From Candidatus Coprovivens sp. (lineage in GTDB: Bacteria; Bacillota_I; Bacilli_A; RF39; UBA660), in assembly GCA_051892935.1 (NCBI GenBank), contig JBJFGS010000031.1, forward strand, positions 68,838 to 132,837: a stretch of DNA of 64,000 bases. Direction: 5' to 3'. The notes under the pieces are model-generated. The model saw only the letters and a program-made list of their open reading frames with translations, ran no database searches and was not told the origin of the DNA. Positions 50,122 through 62,354 of this stretch are shown piece by piece. Numbering within the stretch: the stretch's first letter is position 1; each line of letters begins with the position of its first letter. The translations under genes were made by a program, and so were the position numbers.

Positions 50122-51429
50122 TCACATAGACCTAGAATTGTCTTTTTCTTTTTGGAAATCTTTATCAAAATTATTAAGATTATTTTGTATGCATTCGGCT
50201 CTTTTAGTTATTTCTTTACAATACTTATCATACTTATAAAGTTCTTTAATTTTAGGTTGTATGTCATTTATTTCAGCAAGTACTTGAGCTTGCTTTTCTT
50301 CGGTTTTTGCTCTATGGTATCTTTTCCAAAGATTTTCTCTTTTACCCTTTAATTCACTTAATTCATCAGAGTTATTTTTAACAAAGTTATCCAAATCTTC
50401 TTTGGTAACAATATTCTTTTCATGCATAAATCTAACTTGTTGTGAAGTTTGCTCTAACTTGTAAACTTCTTTTCTAATAGAGTATGGAAGATATTGCTTA
50501 GGATGTTTCTTTGGAAATACTCCTAATAAATAACAATAGTATAAATATAATCCATAGATGCCTTTATGTGGTTTATTAGTTTTACAATATTCATCAAATA
50601 TAGATTTTTGTGGCATAGGTCTAAATACTATTTGTCTTGATAAATATAATCGTTGGTTTAGTCTTTCTTTTGAATATTCTTCACCAAATGCATTTTCTAT
50701 TCTAACTTTATCTTCACCATCTATATAAATAGTTATAACGCCATTACGAGAATATACTTTATAACCTAATGATCTCATTCTCTCAAATAATTGTTTTAAA
50801 GTTACTGAATAACTAATAACATTATCTAAATCTTCTTTAAGAGTTTTATAGTATTCATCGTTTGAAATACTCTTGGTGTAAGTTTTTTTATAAAACTTAT
50901 CTTCATCTAAAACAGATAGTCCATATTCCGAACATAGTGAATCAGAAATATGTCTTATCTTTGATATATTGATTAGGTTGCTATTATATTTCTTACCACT
51001 TTTAAAAGATACAGAGTTGATTATGAAATGGTTGTGAATGTGATTGGTATTTTGATGTGTAGCAACAACAACTTCATAATCTTTAAACATTTCTTCTGCA
51101 AACTTAACTCCAATCTCATGAGCAATGTCAGGAGTAACTTCTCCTTCTTTAAATGATTGATACCCATGATAAGCAAGAACTCCATCTTTCTTTCTAAATC
51201 TTTCTTTGGTGAACTCCATATCATCACAAGGATTATCTTCATCGCAATTCAAGCAACTTACATAACAAACTTTTTCTTCTTTAAAATTATAATCTTTAAT
51301 AGGTTCTTCTAAATAACTATATGATTCTTTATTACCATAATCTTTATTAAGAGTTTTTTCAGGATTGATAATATAATTTATAGACTGCTTTAAATTGTTT
51401 TTGATACTCCAAATTGATGTTGTCGCCAT
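50122..51429 (-). CDS. MOBP-family relaxase
   Basis: INYIINPEKT (catalytic Tyr), YHGYQSF, HQNTNHIHNHFIINSVS (HUH motif). Confidence 0.92.
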   Translation of the reverse strand: MATTSIWSIKNNLKQSINYIINPEKTLNKDYGNKESYSYLEEPIKDYNFKEEKVCYVSCLNCDEDNPCDDMEFTKERFRKKDGVLAYHGYQSFKEGEVTPDIAHEIGVKFAEEMFKDYEVVVATHQNTNHIHNHFIINSVSFKSGKKYNSNLINISKIRHISDSLCSEYGLSVLDEDKFYKKTYTKSISNDEYYKTLKEDLDNVISYSVTLKQLFERMRSLGYKVYSRNGVITIYIDGEDKVRIENAFGEEYSKERLNQRLYLSRQIVFRPMPQKSIFDEYCKTNKPHKGIYGLYLYYCYLLGVFPKKHPKQYLPYSIRKEVYKLEQTSQQVRFMHEKNIVTKEDLDNFVKNNSDELSELKGKRENLWKRYHRAKTEEKQAQVLAEINDIQPKIKELYKYDKYCKEITKRAECIQNNLNNFDKDFQKEKDNSRSM

Positions 51430-51451
51430 TATAGGTTTATCCTTTCTTTTG

Positions 51452-51487
51452 GAGTGGTGGGAGTAATACCACCTTGCTTGCTTATGA
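51452..51487 (-). other. candidate oriT remnant
   Basis: GC-rich ggtgg-gagtaata-ccacc hairpin plus ttgcttgct directly upstream of the relaxase. Confidence 0.4.
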
Positions 51488-51492
51488 CAACA

Positions 51493-51846
51493 TCACACAT
51501 AAACTAACTCCTTTAAGATAATTTGTTCAGCAGTATTTTTATAATTATTCATCATTTTTACCCATTCAATTTGATTATTTTCTTTACTTTTTTCAGATAG
51601 TTTTTCATCATTTTTAATATAGTTATCCATTAAAGTTTTTAATCTTTCTTCTGATTCTTTACTTACTGAAAGAAGATGATTTGTTAGTTCATTTTTCATC
51701 AAAAGTGCCTGATATAATCCTTTTTTGTGTTCCTTAATATAGTTTAACCTTAATAATCCATACTTATTTATTTCTCCATAATTTTGATTTTCTAATACCA
51801 AATTAGGTAATAAATAATCTCCTTTTTTAACATATTCAATATTCAT
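51493..51846 (-). CDS. tnpV: TnpV family protein
   Basis: YVKKGDYLLPNL, KYGLLRLNYIKEH, EWVKMMNNYKNTAEQIILKELVY. Confidence 0.88.
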   Translation of the reverse strand: MNIEYVKKGDYLLPNLVLENQNYGEINKYGLLRLNYIKEHKKGLYQALLMKNELTNHLLSVSKESEERLKTLMDNYIKNDEKLSEKSKENNQIEWVKMMNNYKNTAEQIILKELVYV

Positions 51847-51864
51847 AATTTAATCAAATCCTTT

Positions 51865-53814
<1,950 letters not shown>

Positions 53815-53825
53815 TCACCAATTCA

Positions 53826-54098
53826 TTAATGCCTTGCTATGTACTCTGATAATTCAGATAATGGGATTTTCTTCTTTAAATCCCCTATATAAAAATGTTT
53901 CTGCTCATTGAAGAATAGGTATAACTTATCTCCAATAATTACTTTATGTGGCTCTACATACGCTAGATTAGTATGTTCCACAATTCTTAAGTAGCCTTCA
54001 ATTATTTGATAGGACTTCTTATTAAATTTGCAAGACCAATTAATTTTGGCTTTGAGTTCATCGCTCATATTGATTTTCTTTTTTACGATATTTATCAT
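53826..54098 (-). CDS. small hypothetical protein
   Basis: 90-aa ORF preceded by AAAGGGTG; lies between the tRNA and the recombinase. Confidence 0.65.
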   Translation of the reverse strand: MINIVKKKINMSDELKAKINWSCKFNKKSYQIIEGYLRIVEHTNLAYVEPHKVIIGDKLYLFFNEQKHFYIGDLKKKIPLSELSEYIARH

Positions 54099-54130
54099 AC
54101 CACATCACACCCTTTCTTTGCAATAGCAAC

Positions 54131-54154
54131 AAAAAAATCAACTTGCGTTGATTT
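54131..54154 (-). terminator. tRNA terminator
   Basis: On the minus strand aaatcaac-GCAA-gttgattt plus tttt, about 37 nt after the tRNA CCA. Confidence 0.75.
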
Positions 54155-54191
54155 AATCATTAACATCGCTTGGTGCGACGATTTTATCTTT

Positions 54192-54266
54192 TGGAGCAAG
54201 TGAGCGGAATCGAACCGCCATCTCAACCTTGGCAAGGTCGCATACTAACCGTTGTACTACACCTGC
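54192..54266 (-). tRNA. tRNA-Gly (GCC)
   Basis: Reverse complement folds as a 75-nt cloverleaf: acceptor GCAGGTG/CACTTGC, anticodon loop TTGCCAA, TTCGA loop, U73, encoded CCA. Confidence 0.96.
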
Positions 54267-54276
54267 ATGTAAATAG

Positions 54277-54305
54277 ATAATACCACTTATTAACGGCAAA
54301 TGCAA
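54277..54305 (-). promoter_or_regulatory. tRNA-Gly promoter
   Basis: Minus strand TTGCAT (54305-54300), 17 bp, TATTAT (54282-54277) with TG extension. Confidence 0.65.
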
Positions 54306-54383
54306 GTGTAAATTTAAAAAACTTAGATTGTTGTAAGTATAGTAAAATATATGATATAATTAAGAATGTAAGAAGGGATTACT

Positions 54384-56480
54384 TTGAAGAAAAAGATTGT
54401 AAGATTTTTTAAAAATACTCGAAAAAAAGTTTCTAAATATCTTTCGACAAATAGACTTTTTTTAACTTTTGTAATATTGGCTACAATTGAAACAATTTTA
54501 CTTAGACATTTTACTTTAGGTAATACTTGGGATTTTAAGCCATTTATATGTGATTTAGCTTTATTAATATTAATAGGAGCTTTTGGATATTTTGTAAAAC
54601 CTAAGAAACAGTTTAATTATTATTTTATATGGATGATTATAGTTACTATAATGTGTGTTGTAAATTCGATATATTATGTATTTTATACATCGTTTGCATC
54701 GTTTAGTTTACTTGCTGAGTTAGGCTTAGTTGGAGAAGTAGGAGATTCATTGATAGAAAAATTCAAGTTAGTTGATTTTGTATATGTTATATTTCCGATT
54801 ATTTACTTATTTATTCATACTAAATTAAAAGGTGGAAGGTATTATTCCTATGTTAGTAAAGTGGAAAATAGTAAAAAGATGTTTTCTTCTACTATATTAG
54901 CTGGAATAATTGTACTTGTTTTTACTTTGGTTAATATTACTGGTACTGATGCTAGTCGTTTAGTTAAACAATGGGATCGTGGATATATTGTTCAAAGGTT
55001 TGGTATTATATTATATCAAGGAAATGATTTGATTCAAAGTTTGACTCCGAAAATTAATTCGATGTTTGGATATGATGAAGCTGCTAAAAATTTTAAAGAA
55101 TATTTTAGTAAAAAGTTTGCTACTGAACCTGTTGAAACTAATAAGTATACTGGTGTGTTAGAAGGTATGAATATAATATTTATTCATATGGAAAGTATAC
55201 ATGGTTATTTAGTTGATATGGAAATTAATGGTCAAGAGATAACTCCTACTTTAAATAAACTCGCTCAAGAAGGTATGTATTTTAGTAATTTTTATCCACA
55301 AATAAGTGTTGGTACTAGTAGTGATACAGAATTTACTTTAAATACATCTTTAATGCCTGCTAGTAGTGGTACTGTTTTTGTTCAGTATTATGATAGAGAT
55401 TATGTAAGTATTCCTAAATTGTTGAAAGAAAAAGGATATTATACGTTTAGTTCTCATGCTAATGGTTCAACAATGTGGAATAGAAATAAAATGCATCCTA
55501 GTTTAGGGTATGATGAAATGATATTCCGTGATCAGTTTGATTATGATGAAAAAAATGATCGTCTTGGATTAGGATTATCAGATGAGGCTTTCTTTTATCA
55601 ATTACAAGAAAAATTAGAAAAGATTGAAACAGAATATACTAATTATATGGGAACTTTAATTCAGTTATCTAATCATTCACCTTATGCTGCTACAGAATAT
55701 CATCCAGAAAAGTATAATGATTTTGGAGAATTAGATTTGACAAATACTTATACAATAATAAATGATGATGGTGAAGAAGAAGAAATTACTGATAAATATT
55801 TAAAGGATACAAAATTAGGAAACTACTTAATAAGTGCTCATTATGGAGATATGGCATTGGGAACTTTTATAGATTATGTAGAAAATTCACCATATTATGA
55901 AAATACTGTATTTGTATTATATGGAGATCATGATGCTAGATTAGATAAAAAAGAATATCAATATTTTTATAACTATAATACCGAAACAGGTGAGGTTTAT
56001 GAAGAGGGAGATCCTGAATATGTAGAGTATAATAGTTTTAATCATGAAGTTAATAAAAAAACTCCTTTAGTAATTTGGACTAAGAATAAAACAATTGCTA
56101 AAAAAATTAGAAAAACTAATGATAATGTTATGGGAATGTATGATGTATTACCTACTTTGGGTAATATGATGAATTTTGAATATAAATATGCTTTGGGTCA
56201 TGATATATATAGTATAGGTAGTGATAATGTTGTAATTTTCCCTAATGGTAATTTTATAACTAATAAAGTTTATTATAATAATGCTAATGGAAATTATTTA
56301 ATATTAAGTGATAATGGAAATTCTAGTAATGTTGTAATTAGTGAGGACTATATTAGTGATTTGAAGCTATATACAGAAGAAAGATTGAGCGTTTCAAATG
56401 ATATTATTGTCCATGATTTGATAAAAAAAGAAGGAGATAATATTCCAGTATTTGAAGAAAGCGAGGTTCGAGATGGCTAG
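54384..56480 (+). CDS. ltaS: lipoteichoic acid synthase (LTA synthase family)
   Basis: 5 N-terminal TMs; HMES, ITPTLN, GTSSDTEF, WNR, SNHSPY, YGDH. Confidence 0.88.
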   Translation: MKKKIVRFFKNTRKKVSKYLSTNRLFLTFVILATIETILLRHFTLGNTWDFKPFICDLALLILIGAFGYFVKPKKQFNYYFIWMIIVTIMCVVNSIYYVFYTSFASFSLLAELGLVGEVGDSLIEKFKLVDFVYVIFPIIYLFIHTKLKGGRYYSYVSKVENSKKMFSSTILAGIIVLVFTLVNITGTDASRLVKQWDRGYIVQRFGIILYQGNDLIQSLTPKINSMFGYDEAAKNFKEYFSKKFATEPVETNKYTGVLEGMNIIFIHMESIHGYLVDMEINGQEITPTLNKLAQEGMYFSNFYPQISVGTSSDTEFTLNTSLMPASSGTVFVQYYDRDYVSIPKLLKEKGYYTFSSHANGSTMWNRNKMHPSLGYDEMIFRDQFDYDEKNDRLGLGLSDEAFFYQLQEKLEKIETEYTNYMGTLIQLSNHSPYAATEYHPEKYNDFGELDLTNTYTIINDDGEEEEITDKYLKDTKLGNYLISAHYGDMALGTFIDYVENSPYYENTVFVLYGDHDARLDKKEYQYFYNYNTETGEVYEEGDPEYVEYNSFNHEVNKKTPLVIWTKNKTIAKKIRKTNDNVMGMYDVLPTLGNMMNFEYKYALGHDIYSIGSDNVVIFPNGNFITNKVYYNNANGNYLILSDNGNSSNVVISEDYISDLKLYTEERLSVSNDIIVHDLIKKEGDNIPVFEESEVRDG

Positions 56481-57153
56481 AAAAATTAAAACTGAACAGG
56501 ATAAAGCAAAAGCTAAGAAGAAAAAAATTATTATTATAGTTTTAGTGATTCTTATTTTAATTGTTTCTTTGAGTGTCTGTATTTATATGAATACTAGAGA
56601 AACTCCTAAAAATGTAATTGAAGTTAAAGAATTAGATAATTTGTCTGATTATAATTATAAATTGACTGATAGGGATTCTAAATATTTTAAAAGTGAATTT
56701 GAAAAATTAAAAAAAATAGTTAATTCTAATGAAGTAAATGAAGAAGAGTATGTAATTCAAGTTGCAAGGATGTTTGTTATTGATTTATATACAATGAGTA
56801 CTAAGGTTAATAAGTATGATATTGGTGGTTTAGAGTATTATTATGTTACGAAGAAAGACATGTTTGAACGAAAAGTAATGGATACTTTATATTCTACTAT
56901 GTTAGATGATACTTATGGTGATAGAAAGCAAGTATTGCCAGAAATAAAAGATGTTGAAAATATATCAAATGAAATGATTGAATATTTGATGGGCGAAGAG
57001 AAAGTTGATGGATATTTGGTTAAGTTAAAAATGACTTATGTAGATGATTTGGGATATGATACTGAGGCATCTGTTGTTATTTGTAAAGAAGATGGAGTAA
57101 GGTGGAGTGTTGTTGATTTTCAACCTACATTGAATCCTGAATATGAAGAATAA
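56473..57153 (+). CDS. single-TM hypothetical protein
   Basis: Basic N-terminus plus TM; coupled to ltaS (GAGG RBS). Confidence 0.75.
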   Translation: MARKIKTEQDKAKAKKKKIIIIVLVILILIVSLSVCIYMNTRETPKNVIEVKELDNLSDYNYKLTDRDSKYFKSEFEKLKKIVNSNEVNEEEYVIQVARMFVIDLYTMSTKVNKYDIGGLEYYYVTKKDMFERKVMDTLYSTMLDDTYGDRKQVLPEIKDVENISNEMIEYLMGEEKVDGYLVKLKMTYVDDLGYDTEASVVICKEDGVRWSVVDFQPTLNPEYEE

Positions 57154-57193
57154 TTATTATTTGTAATAATAAAATAGTAGATTTTTTAATCTA

Positions 57194-58036
57194 CTATTTT
57201 TCTTTTTCTATGGTAATAAATGCTACTTGTTTATGATATATAAAATCCAATTTATTGAATACTTTGGTAGAATGGCTTAATTTGGTTACCCCTTCGTAAA
57301 TATATCCATCTCTTTCATATATTCTTCCTTGAGCATATTTGGGAAATAGTTTTTTGTTTGGAGAAATAATACTTCTTGAGGATTTAAACATTTTGTTAAT
57401 GATATTACTAATACAATAAGGTAAGCACCCATTATGCATATGTCCAGATAGTATTAAATCACTATTATTAAGTTTATGATTAGGATTGTTTTTTAAATAT
57501 TTATAGATGTTTATTGGAGTATGAATTAAAGTTATATTATATGTGTTTTCCGGTATATTACATTTTTTGTTTTTTAGTTCATTGCAAAAGGAATCGTATG
57601 TTTCATAATCTTTCTCATAATAGTTATATGATAAATCTATTCCATAAAATGTTATATTGTTTTTTGTATATGTTTCATCTCTTAGTAAGTGAATATTATC
57701 AATATTTGTTAATAGATTAATTATTTTTTCATTTTTCCCTTGTGACCATTTATTCATTTCTCCTTGTTTTTCATCATGATTACCTATTACTACTATTGTC
57801 GGAGCTATTTGGCTTATATTAGTAAGAAATTCTTTTAATTGGGTTAAGTCTGAGATATTTGAACTATCTAAAATATCTCCTACTATCGTAATATAATCAG
57901 GATTGTTGTTTTTTATTTGTTTTAATAACTTATCAAATGTTTTTTGATTGTAACCAACATAGTAGTGAATATCACTTAATATTGCTATTTTTGTTTTTTC
58001 TATGTCTTTTTTTGTTGTGAATTTTTTTGTATGCAT
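57194..58036 (-). CDS. calcineurin-like metallophosphoesterase (YkuE-like)
   Basis: SDIH, GDILD, GNHD, HTP, SGHMHNG. Confidence 0.9.
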   Translation of the reverse strand: MHTKKFTTKKDIEKTKIAILSDIHYYVGYNQKTFDKLLKQIKNNNPDYITIVGDILDSSNISDLTQLKEFLTNISQIAPTIVVIGNHDEKQGEMNKWSQGKNEKIINLLTNIDNIHLLRDETYTKNNITFYGIDLSYNYYEKDYETYDSFCNELKNKKCNIPENTYNITLIHTPINIYKYLKNNPNHKLNNSDLILSGHMHNGCLPYCISNIINKMFKSSRSIISPNKKLFPKYAQGRIYERDGYIYEGVTKLSHSTKVFNKLDFIYHKQVAFITIEKEK

Positions 58037-58086
58037 TTTGTTTTATCTCCTTTTTTAAAAAGTACCTTAAACTAAGGTACTTTATT

Positions 58087-60117
58087 TTATTCAGTTTCTT
58101 CAGATGGTGTTTCTTCGGATGGTGGAGGTGTTTCGTTATTCTCTTCTTGTTCATTTTCTGAAGAATTGTTTTCTTCATTTTCTTCATTATTCTCGTTATT
58201 ATTTGAGTTTTGATTTTCATCATTGTTGGTCGTTTCATTTTCTTCAACAGGTGGTGTTCCTAACCCGTTACTAATATAGAATGTTATTTTTGAAATACTT
58301 TTTACTAATTCTCCTTCATGAGCAGATTGATTAATAATTAGACCCGCTAGTTGATAATCAGTTATTGCTTCAAAAGAGCAGCTTAGCTGATTTATTTGAC
58401 ACCAATTGAGTGCTTCTGTTTCTGATGCACCAATAAATGATTTAACTCTTTCTAATTTTTCACCACCGGTTAATCCTTTTCCTACTAGAGGAGTGGTGTA
58501 ATCTTCATTATAAGATATACTAAATGTTTTTGTTGGTTGTTCTGTTTCTAATTCTAAATTTATTTTCATTAGTTTTATAATAGCTTCAAGTGATTCTGGA
58601 TAGTAACCTAAAGCACTAGTATATCTTTCTGCTCTTGGTTGCCATACTGGAAGATTGTAGTATGAAAGATATGTTTTTTTGATTGATAATGAATTACCTG
58701 ATGAATTTATTAGCATATCTTTACCAACTGTGTAGAATGACATCATTTGCTCTGGAGTCATGTTTGTTTCAATGTTATTAGATACTGTTTCTAGTAAATT
58801 TTGAAATTCAGTGATACTATTAATATTTTTTAATTCGTGAGCCATTGCTTCAATTACTTGTTGTTGATGTTGATTTCTAGCTATATCTCCTATAGCAAAT
58901 TGATGTCTATTTCTTGCATAAGCTAGGGCTTGTTCTCCGTTAAGTTTTTGTTTTCCGGTTGGAACATATATTATTTCATTACCAAATTGGCGTTTACTAT
59001 TTTGTTCACAAATCATGCCTTTGCAATCGATTCGATTATTAAATAGAAAATCTGGTTCTTCAACATCTACGGTAACACCGCCTAAGGCATTGATTAGTTG
59101 AACAACACCTGTGAAGTTAATTTTTACATAATAGTCAATATTTATGTCTGTTAGTTGTTGAACTGTTTTTATTACGCAACTTGAACCATATGCAGCAGAA
59201 GAATTTATTTTGGCATAACGATTATTGTTGCATGCTATTGGAACATATAAGTCTCTTGGTAAGCTAAACATTGTTGCAGTTAGGGTATTTGGATTAAATG
59301 TTATAAGCATTAATGTATCTCCATTAAATGCTTGATTTGCTTTTAAGCCGTCTTTTGCTGAGTCAACTCCCATAACTAATACAGTAAATGGTTCTGTTAA
59401 TGTTTTGTTTTTACTTTGATTAAGAGTTATAACATCTTGATTTGTTCTTTCTTCACTATATTCATATAGTATTTTAATTCTTTTTGATAATTCTGTTCTG
59501 TTCTCGGTGTCTTCGATGTCTGATTCATAATTATCTAATAGTGTTTGATAGTTACTAGGTATTATTGCTCCACCAATTTTTCCTTTTTCTAAATCTGATA
59601 ACATTGAATCATAGTCTTCATATTTATATATTTCATTTTTTAGTCCTTCTTTTTTTATTAATTTTTCTCCAAGGACACTTCCTTCAATGTTATCGCTTTG
59701 ACTAGTTACCATACCTATAGGTAATTGTTGTGTGAAATTAGTTTCTTTTAATGTAATAAGGTATGTTGTATATATAATAGTATTTCTATTCATGTTACTT
59801 ATTTTTCCGTATATGTTATGAATAAAGTATGATGATACTCCAAATATTGGACATAATACCAGTGTTATAATTGTTAAAAAGATAAATGTTTTATTTTTTT
59901 TGGTAATCATTGTTATTAGACCACTAAAACAATATATTAAAAACCAAACACAGAATATGGCAATTATAATACTACGTATAACTGTTTCTATGTCTCCTAG
60001 CTTTAATATTCCTGTAATAAAGTATATAAAAGTTGTAAGATATAGTAATAATGAAAGAAAATAGAATATCTTTTTGACTATATGAACTTTTCGTAATTTT
60101 TTTCTTAGTACTTTCAT
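58087..60117 (-). CDS. LCP (LytR-CpsA-Psr) family protein with PASTA-like domain and acidic tail
   Basis: 3 TMs; VMGVDS, GDTLMLITFN, SLPRDLYV, KINFTG, GEQALAYARNR, ARNQHQQ; C-terminal SFIG...IINQS. Confidence 0.9.
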   Translation of the reverse strand: MKVLRKKLRKVHIVKKIFYFLSLLLYLTTFIYFITGILKLGDIETVIRSIIIAIFCVWFLIYCFSGLITMITKKNKTFIFLTIITLVLCPIFGVSSYFIHNIYGKISNMNRNTIIYTTYLITLKETNFTQQLPIGMVTSQSDNIEGSVLGEKLIKKEGLKNEIYKYEDYDSMLSDLEKGKIGGAIIPSNYQTLLDNYESDIEDTENRTELSKRIKILYEYSEERTNQDVITLNQSKNKTLTEPFTVLVMGVDSAKDGLKANQAFNGDTLMLITFNPNTLTATMFSLPRDLYVPIACNNNRYAKINSSAAYGSSCVIKTVQQLTDINIDYYVKINFTGVVQLINALGGVTVDVEEPDFLFNNRIDCKGMICEQNSKRQFGNEIIYVPTGKQKLNGEQALAYARNRHQFAIGDIARNQHQQQVIEAMAHELKNINSITEFQNLLETVSNNIETNMTPEQMMSFYTVGKDMLINSSGNSLSIKKTYLSYYNLPVWQPRAERYTSALGYYPESLEAIIKLMKINLELETEQPTKTFSISYNEDYTTPLVGKGLTGGEKLERVKSFIGASETEALNWCQINQLSCSFEAITDYQLAGLIINQSAHEGELVKSISKITFYISNGLGTPPVEENETTNNDENQNSNNNENNEENEENNSSENEQEENNETPPPSEETPSEETE

Positions 60118-60281
60118 AAATTTATCACCGCAATTTCCTTATTTTTAATTATAGCATAAAAGAAGTGTCTAAACAATTTGCCTTTTATGTAAAGTGTAAT
60201 ATTTACATTCCTAGACATTTAGTGCTTTTAGCACTATGTAAACTATGATATAATTAGAATGATAGATTAGATAGTAAGGAA

Positions 60282-62345
60282 GTGAATATAGTGAAAAAAG
60301 TATTATATTTTTTGTTTATAATTTTGTTTGCTATTAGTGCTATCTTACTTAGTTGGAATGTTTCTTTCGTTAGTGCTGAGGAAGTATATCCTTTTAATGG
60401 AATTATTAATGCTGATTCTTTGGTTATATATAGTTCTACTAATACATCGAATTCTTTTGCTACTGAGTTGGCTTATGGAACACCGATTGTTGTGTTGGGA
60501 AGTAGTACTACTAGTTTATATAAAATATCTTATGATAATGGTACTATAGGATATACTACAAAGAAATATGTTATAAATGTTGATAAAAGTGTACTTACTA
60601 CTGATGCTTTAACTTCGGGAGTTGAACCATATAATGATTATTGTAATGGTTTAGTTACATTAGGTTTTGATAAAAGTTATTGTCCTTATTTATATTATTT
60701 ACATAGTAAGCATCCTAATTGGAAGTTCGTACCTGATGTATTAAAGATAACCTTGGAAGAGGCTGCTATTGAGCAAACTGAAAGAAGTGTATTAGCTACT
60801 AATAATCAAAACTATTGGTTAAATACGGCAACTCATGAAGGTTCTTATCATTATGTTAATGCTTCAGTTACTGCTTCTTTCTTAGATCCTAGAAATAGTT
60901 TATTTGAAGAAACAATTTTTCAATTTTTAGATTTCGAAAGTTCAAAGGACTTAACTAATAATGTAGCTATGGCTAAAATTGCTGGAACGGGAAATTTGTC
61001 AAAGTACTATGATGTTTTTAAAAAGGCTGGAGCTGATAATGGTGTTAATCCATTGCATTTAATGGCTAGAAGTAAACAAGAAGGAGCTAATTCAGCTACT
61101 TATAATTCAGTTGCTGGTAGATTTACGACTAATGTTAGTAGCGATCCTACATATGCTTATAATAAAACTGCTAGAGGCAATAGTTTAGATGGATATTATA
61201 ATTATTATAATATCGGTGCTTGGTATGGTAGTGGTTATTCTGCTATAGGAAGAGGTCTTGCATATGCTGGCGGTTTTTTAGAAAAAGATGAATGCTATGA
61301 TGTTGTTGATGGCGCTGGCAAATATAATGTTACTAGATGTGGTGATTTATCTTATTTTAGGCCTTGGAATAGTGCTGATAAAGCTATTATTGGGGGAGCG
61401 AATTTTATATCAGAAACATATGTAAAAAAAGGGCAGAATACGAACTATTATGAGAAGTTTAATGTGTCTTCTAAAACGCAATATTCATTGTATTCTCATC
61501 AATATATGACTAATATTCATGCACCAGCTCAAGAAGCTAATAGTATATGGAGTGCTGTTGTAGCCGGTGGTCTTGAAAATGAGATGTTTGAATTTCATAT
61601 TCCTGTTTATAAGAATATGCCAGTAGATAATTATAATCCTGTTGATAAAAATACTAATAGTAAATTAAGTGCTATTACTATAAATGATAAAAACTATGCA
61701 GAATTTGATAGTGATGTTACTGAATATAATTATAATTTAGTAACTGATCTTGATACTTTTAAAGTAGGAGCTAAAACTGTTGAGAGTACTAGTACTATAC
61801 TAGGTACAGGTGATTATAATTTTGTGAATGGTATTGCTAAGGTAGAAATAATTGTTACTGCGGAAGATGAGAGTACGACAATTTATGTTATAAATGTTAA
61901 AAAAGTTATACCAGAGGAAAATATTACTGTATCTCAGATTGTTTCTAAAATGGGGGTAAAAGTAAATGGAGATATTATGTATGCTATAAGTCCTGATATT
62001 GCAGTTACTACTTTAATTAATACTGTTACTAAAAATAAAGGTGAAGCTATTGTAACTGATTCATCTGGTAAAAGTAAAACAAGTGGAGTTTTTGTGACTG
62101 GTGATAAAATTACTATAAAAGGAACTACTGAGAATAAGATATTTGTAATAGCTGTACGTGGAGATGTTAATAAAGATGGAAAAGTTACAATATTAGATCT
62201 ATTATTAATTCAAAAGCATATACTTGGTAAAACCAAGTTAGAAAATGAACAATACTATTCTGCTGAATTAAATTATGATGATAAGATTTCAATATTGGAT
62301 TTATTGTTAGTACAAAAGCATATATTGGATAAAGGTAAGTTGTAG
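60282..62345 (+). CDS. secreted peptidoglycan hydrolase: SH3b + GH73 glucosaminidase + cadherin-like + dockerin
   Basis: Signal peptide; SH3-like YKISYD..IGY; GVNPLHL.ARSKQE, YYNYYNIGA, IIGGANFI..Y..GQNT.Y, HQYMTN; duplicated dockerin repeat GDVNKDGKVTILDLLLIQKHIL / AELNYDDKISILDLLLVQKHIL. Confidence 0.85.
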   Translation: MNIVKKVLYFLFIILFAISAILLSWNVSFVSAEEVYPFNGIINADSLVIYSSTNTSNSFATELAYGTPIVVLGSSTTSLYKISYDNGTIGYTTKKYVINVDKSVLTTDALTSGVEPYNDYCNGLVTLGFDKSYCPYLYYLHSKHPNWKFVPDVLKITLEEAAIEQTERSVLATNNQNYWLNTATHEGSYHYVNASVTASFLDPRNSLFEETIFQFLDFESSKDLTNNVAMAKIAGTGNLSKYYDVFKKAGADNGVNPLHLMARSKQEGANSATYNSVAGRFTTNVSSDPTYAYNKTARGNSLDGYYNYYNIGAWYGSGYSAIGRGLAYAGGFLEKDECYDVVDGAGKYNVTRCGDLSYFRPWNSADKAIIGGANFISETYVKKGQNTNYYEKFNVSSKTQYSLYSHQYMTNIHAPAQEANSIWSAVVAGGLENEMFEFHIPVYKNMPVDNYNPVDKNTNSKLSAITINDKNYAEFDSDVTEYNYNLVTDLDTFKVGAKTVESTSTILGTGDYNFVNGIAKVEIIVTAEDESTTIYVINVKKVIPEENITVSQIVSKMGVKVNGDIMYAISPDIAVTTLINTVTKNKGEAIVTDSSGKSKTSGVFVTGDKITIKGTTENKIFVIAVRGDVNKDGKVTILDLLLIQKHILGKTKLENEQYYSAELNYDDKISILDLLLVQKHILDKGKL

Positions 62346-62354
62346 GAGGTATAT

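Noticed and set aside
54006-54203. 65-aa + strand ORF
   Set aside because: It overlaps the minus-strand gene, the tRNA terminator and the tRNA 3' end.
58090-58250. ttc/att-rich low-complexity repeat
   Set aside because: It is the coding sequence for the Glu/Asn-rich tail of the LCP protein.
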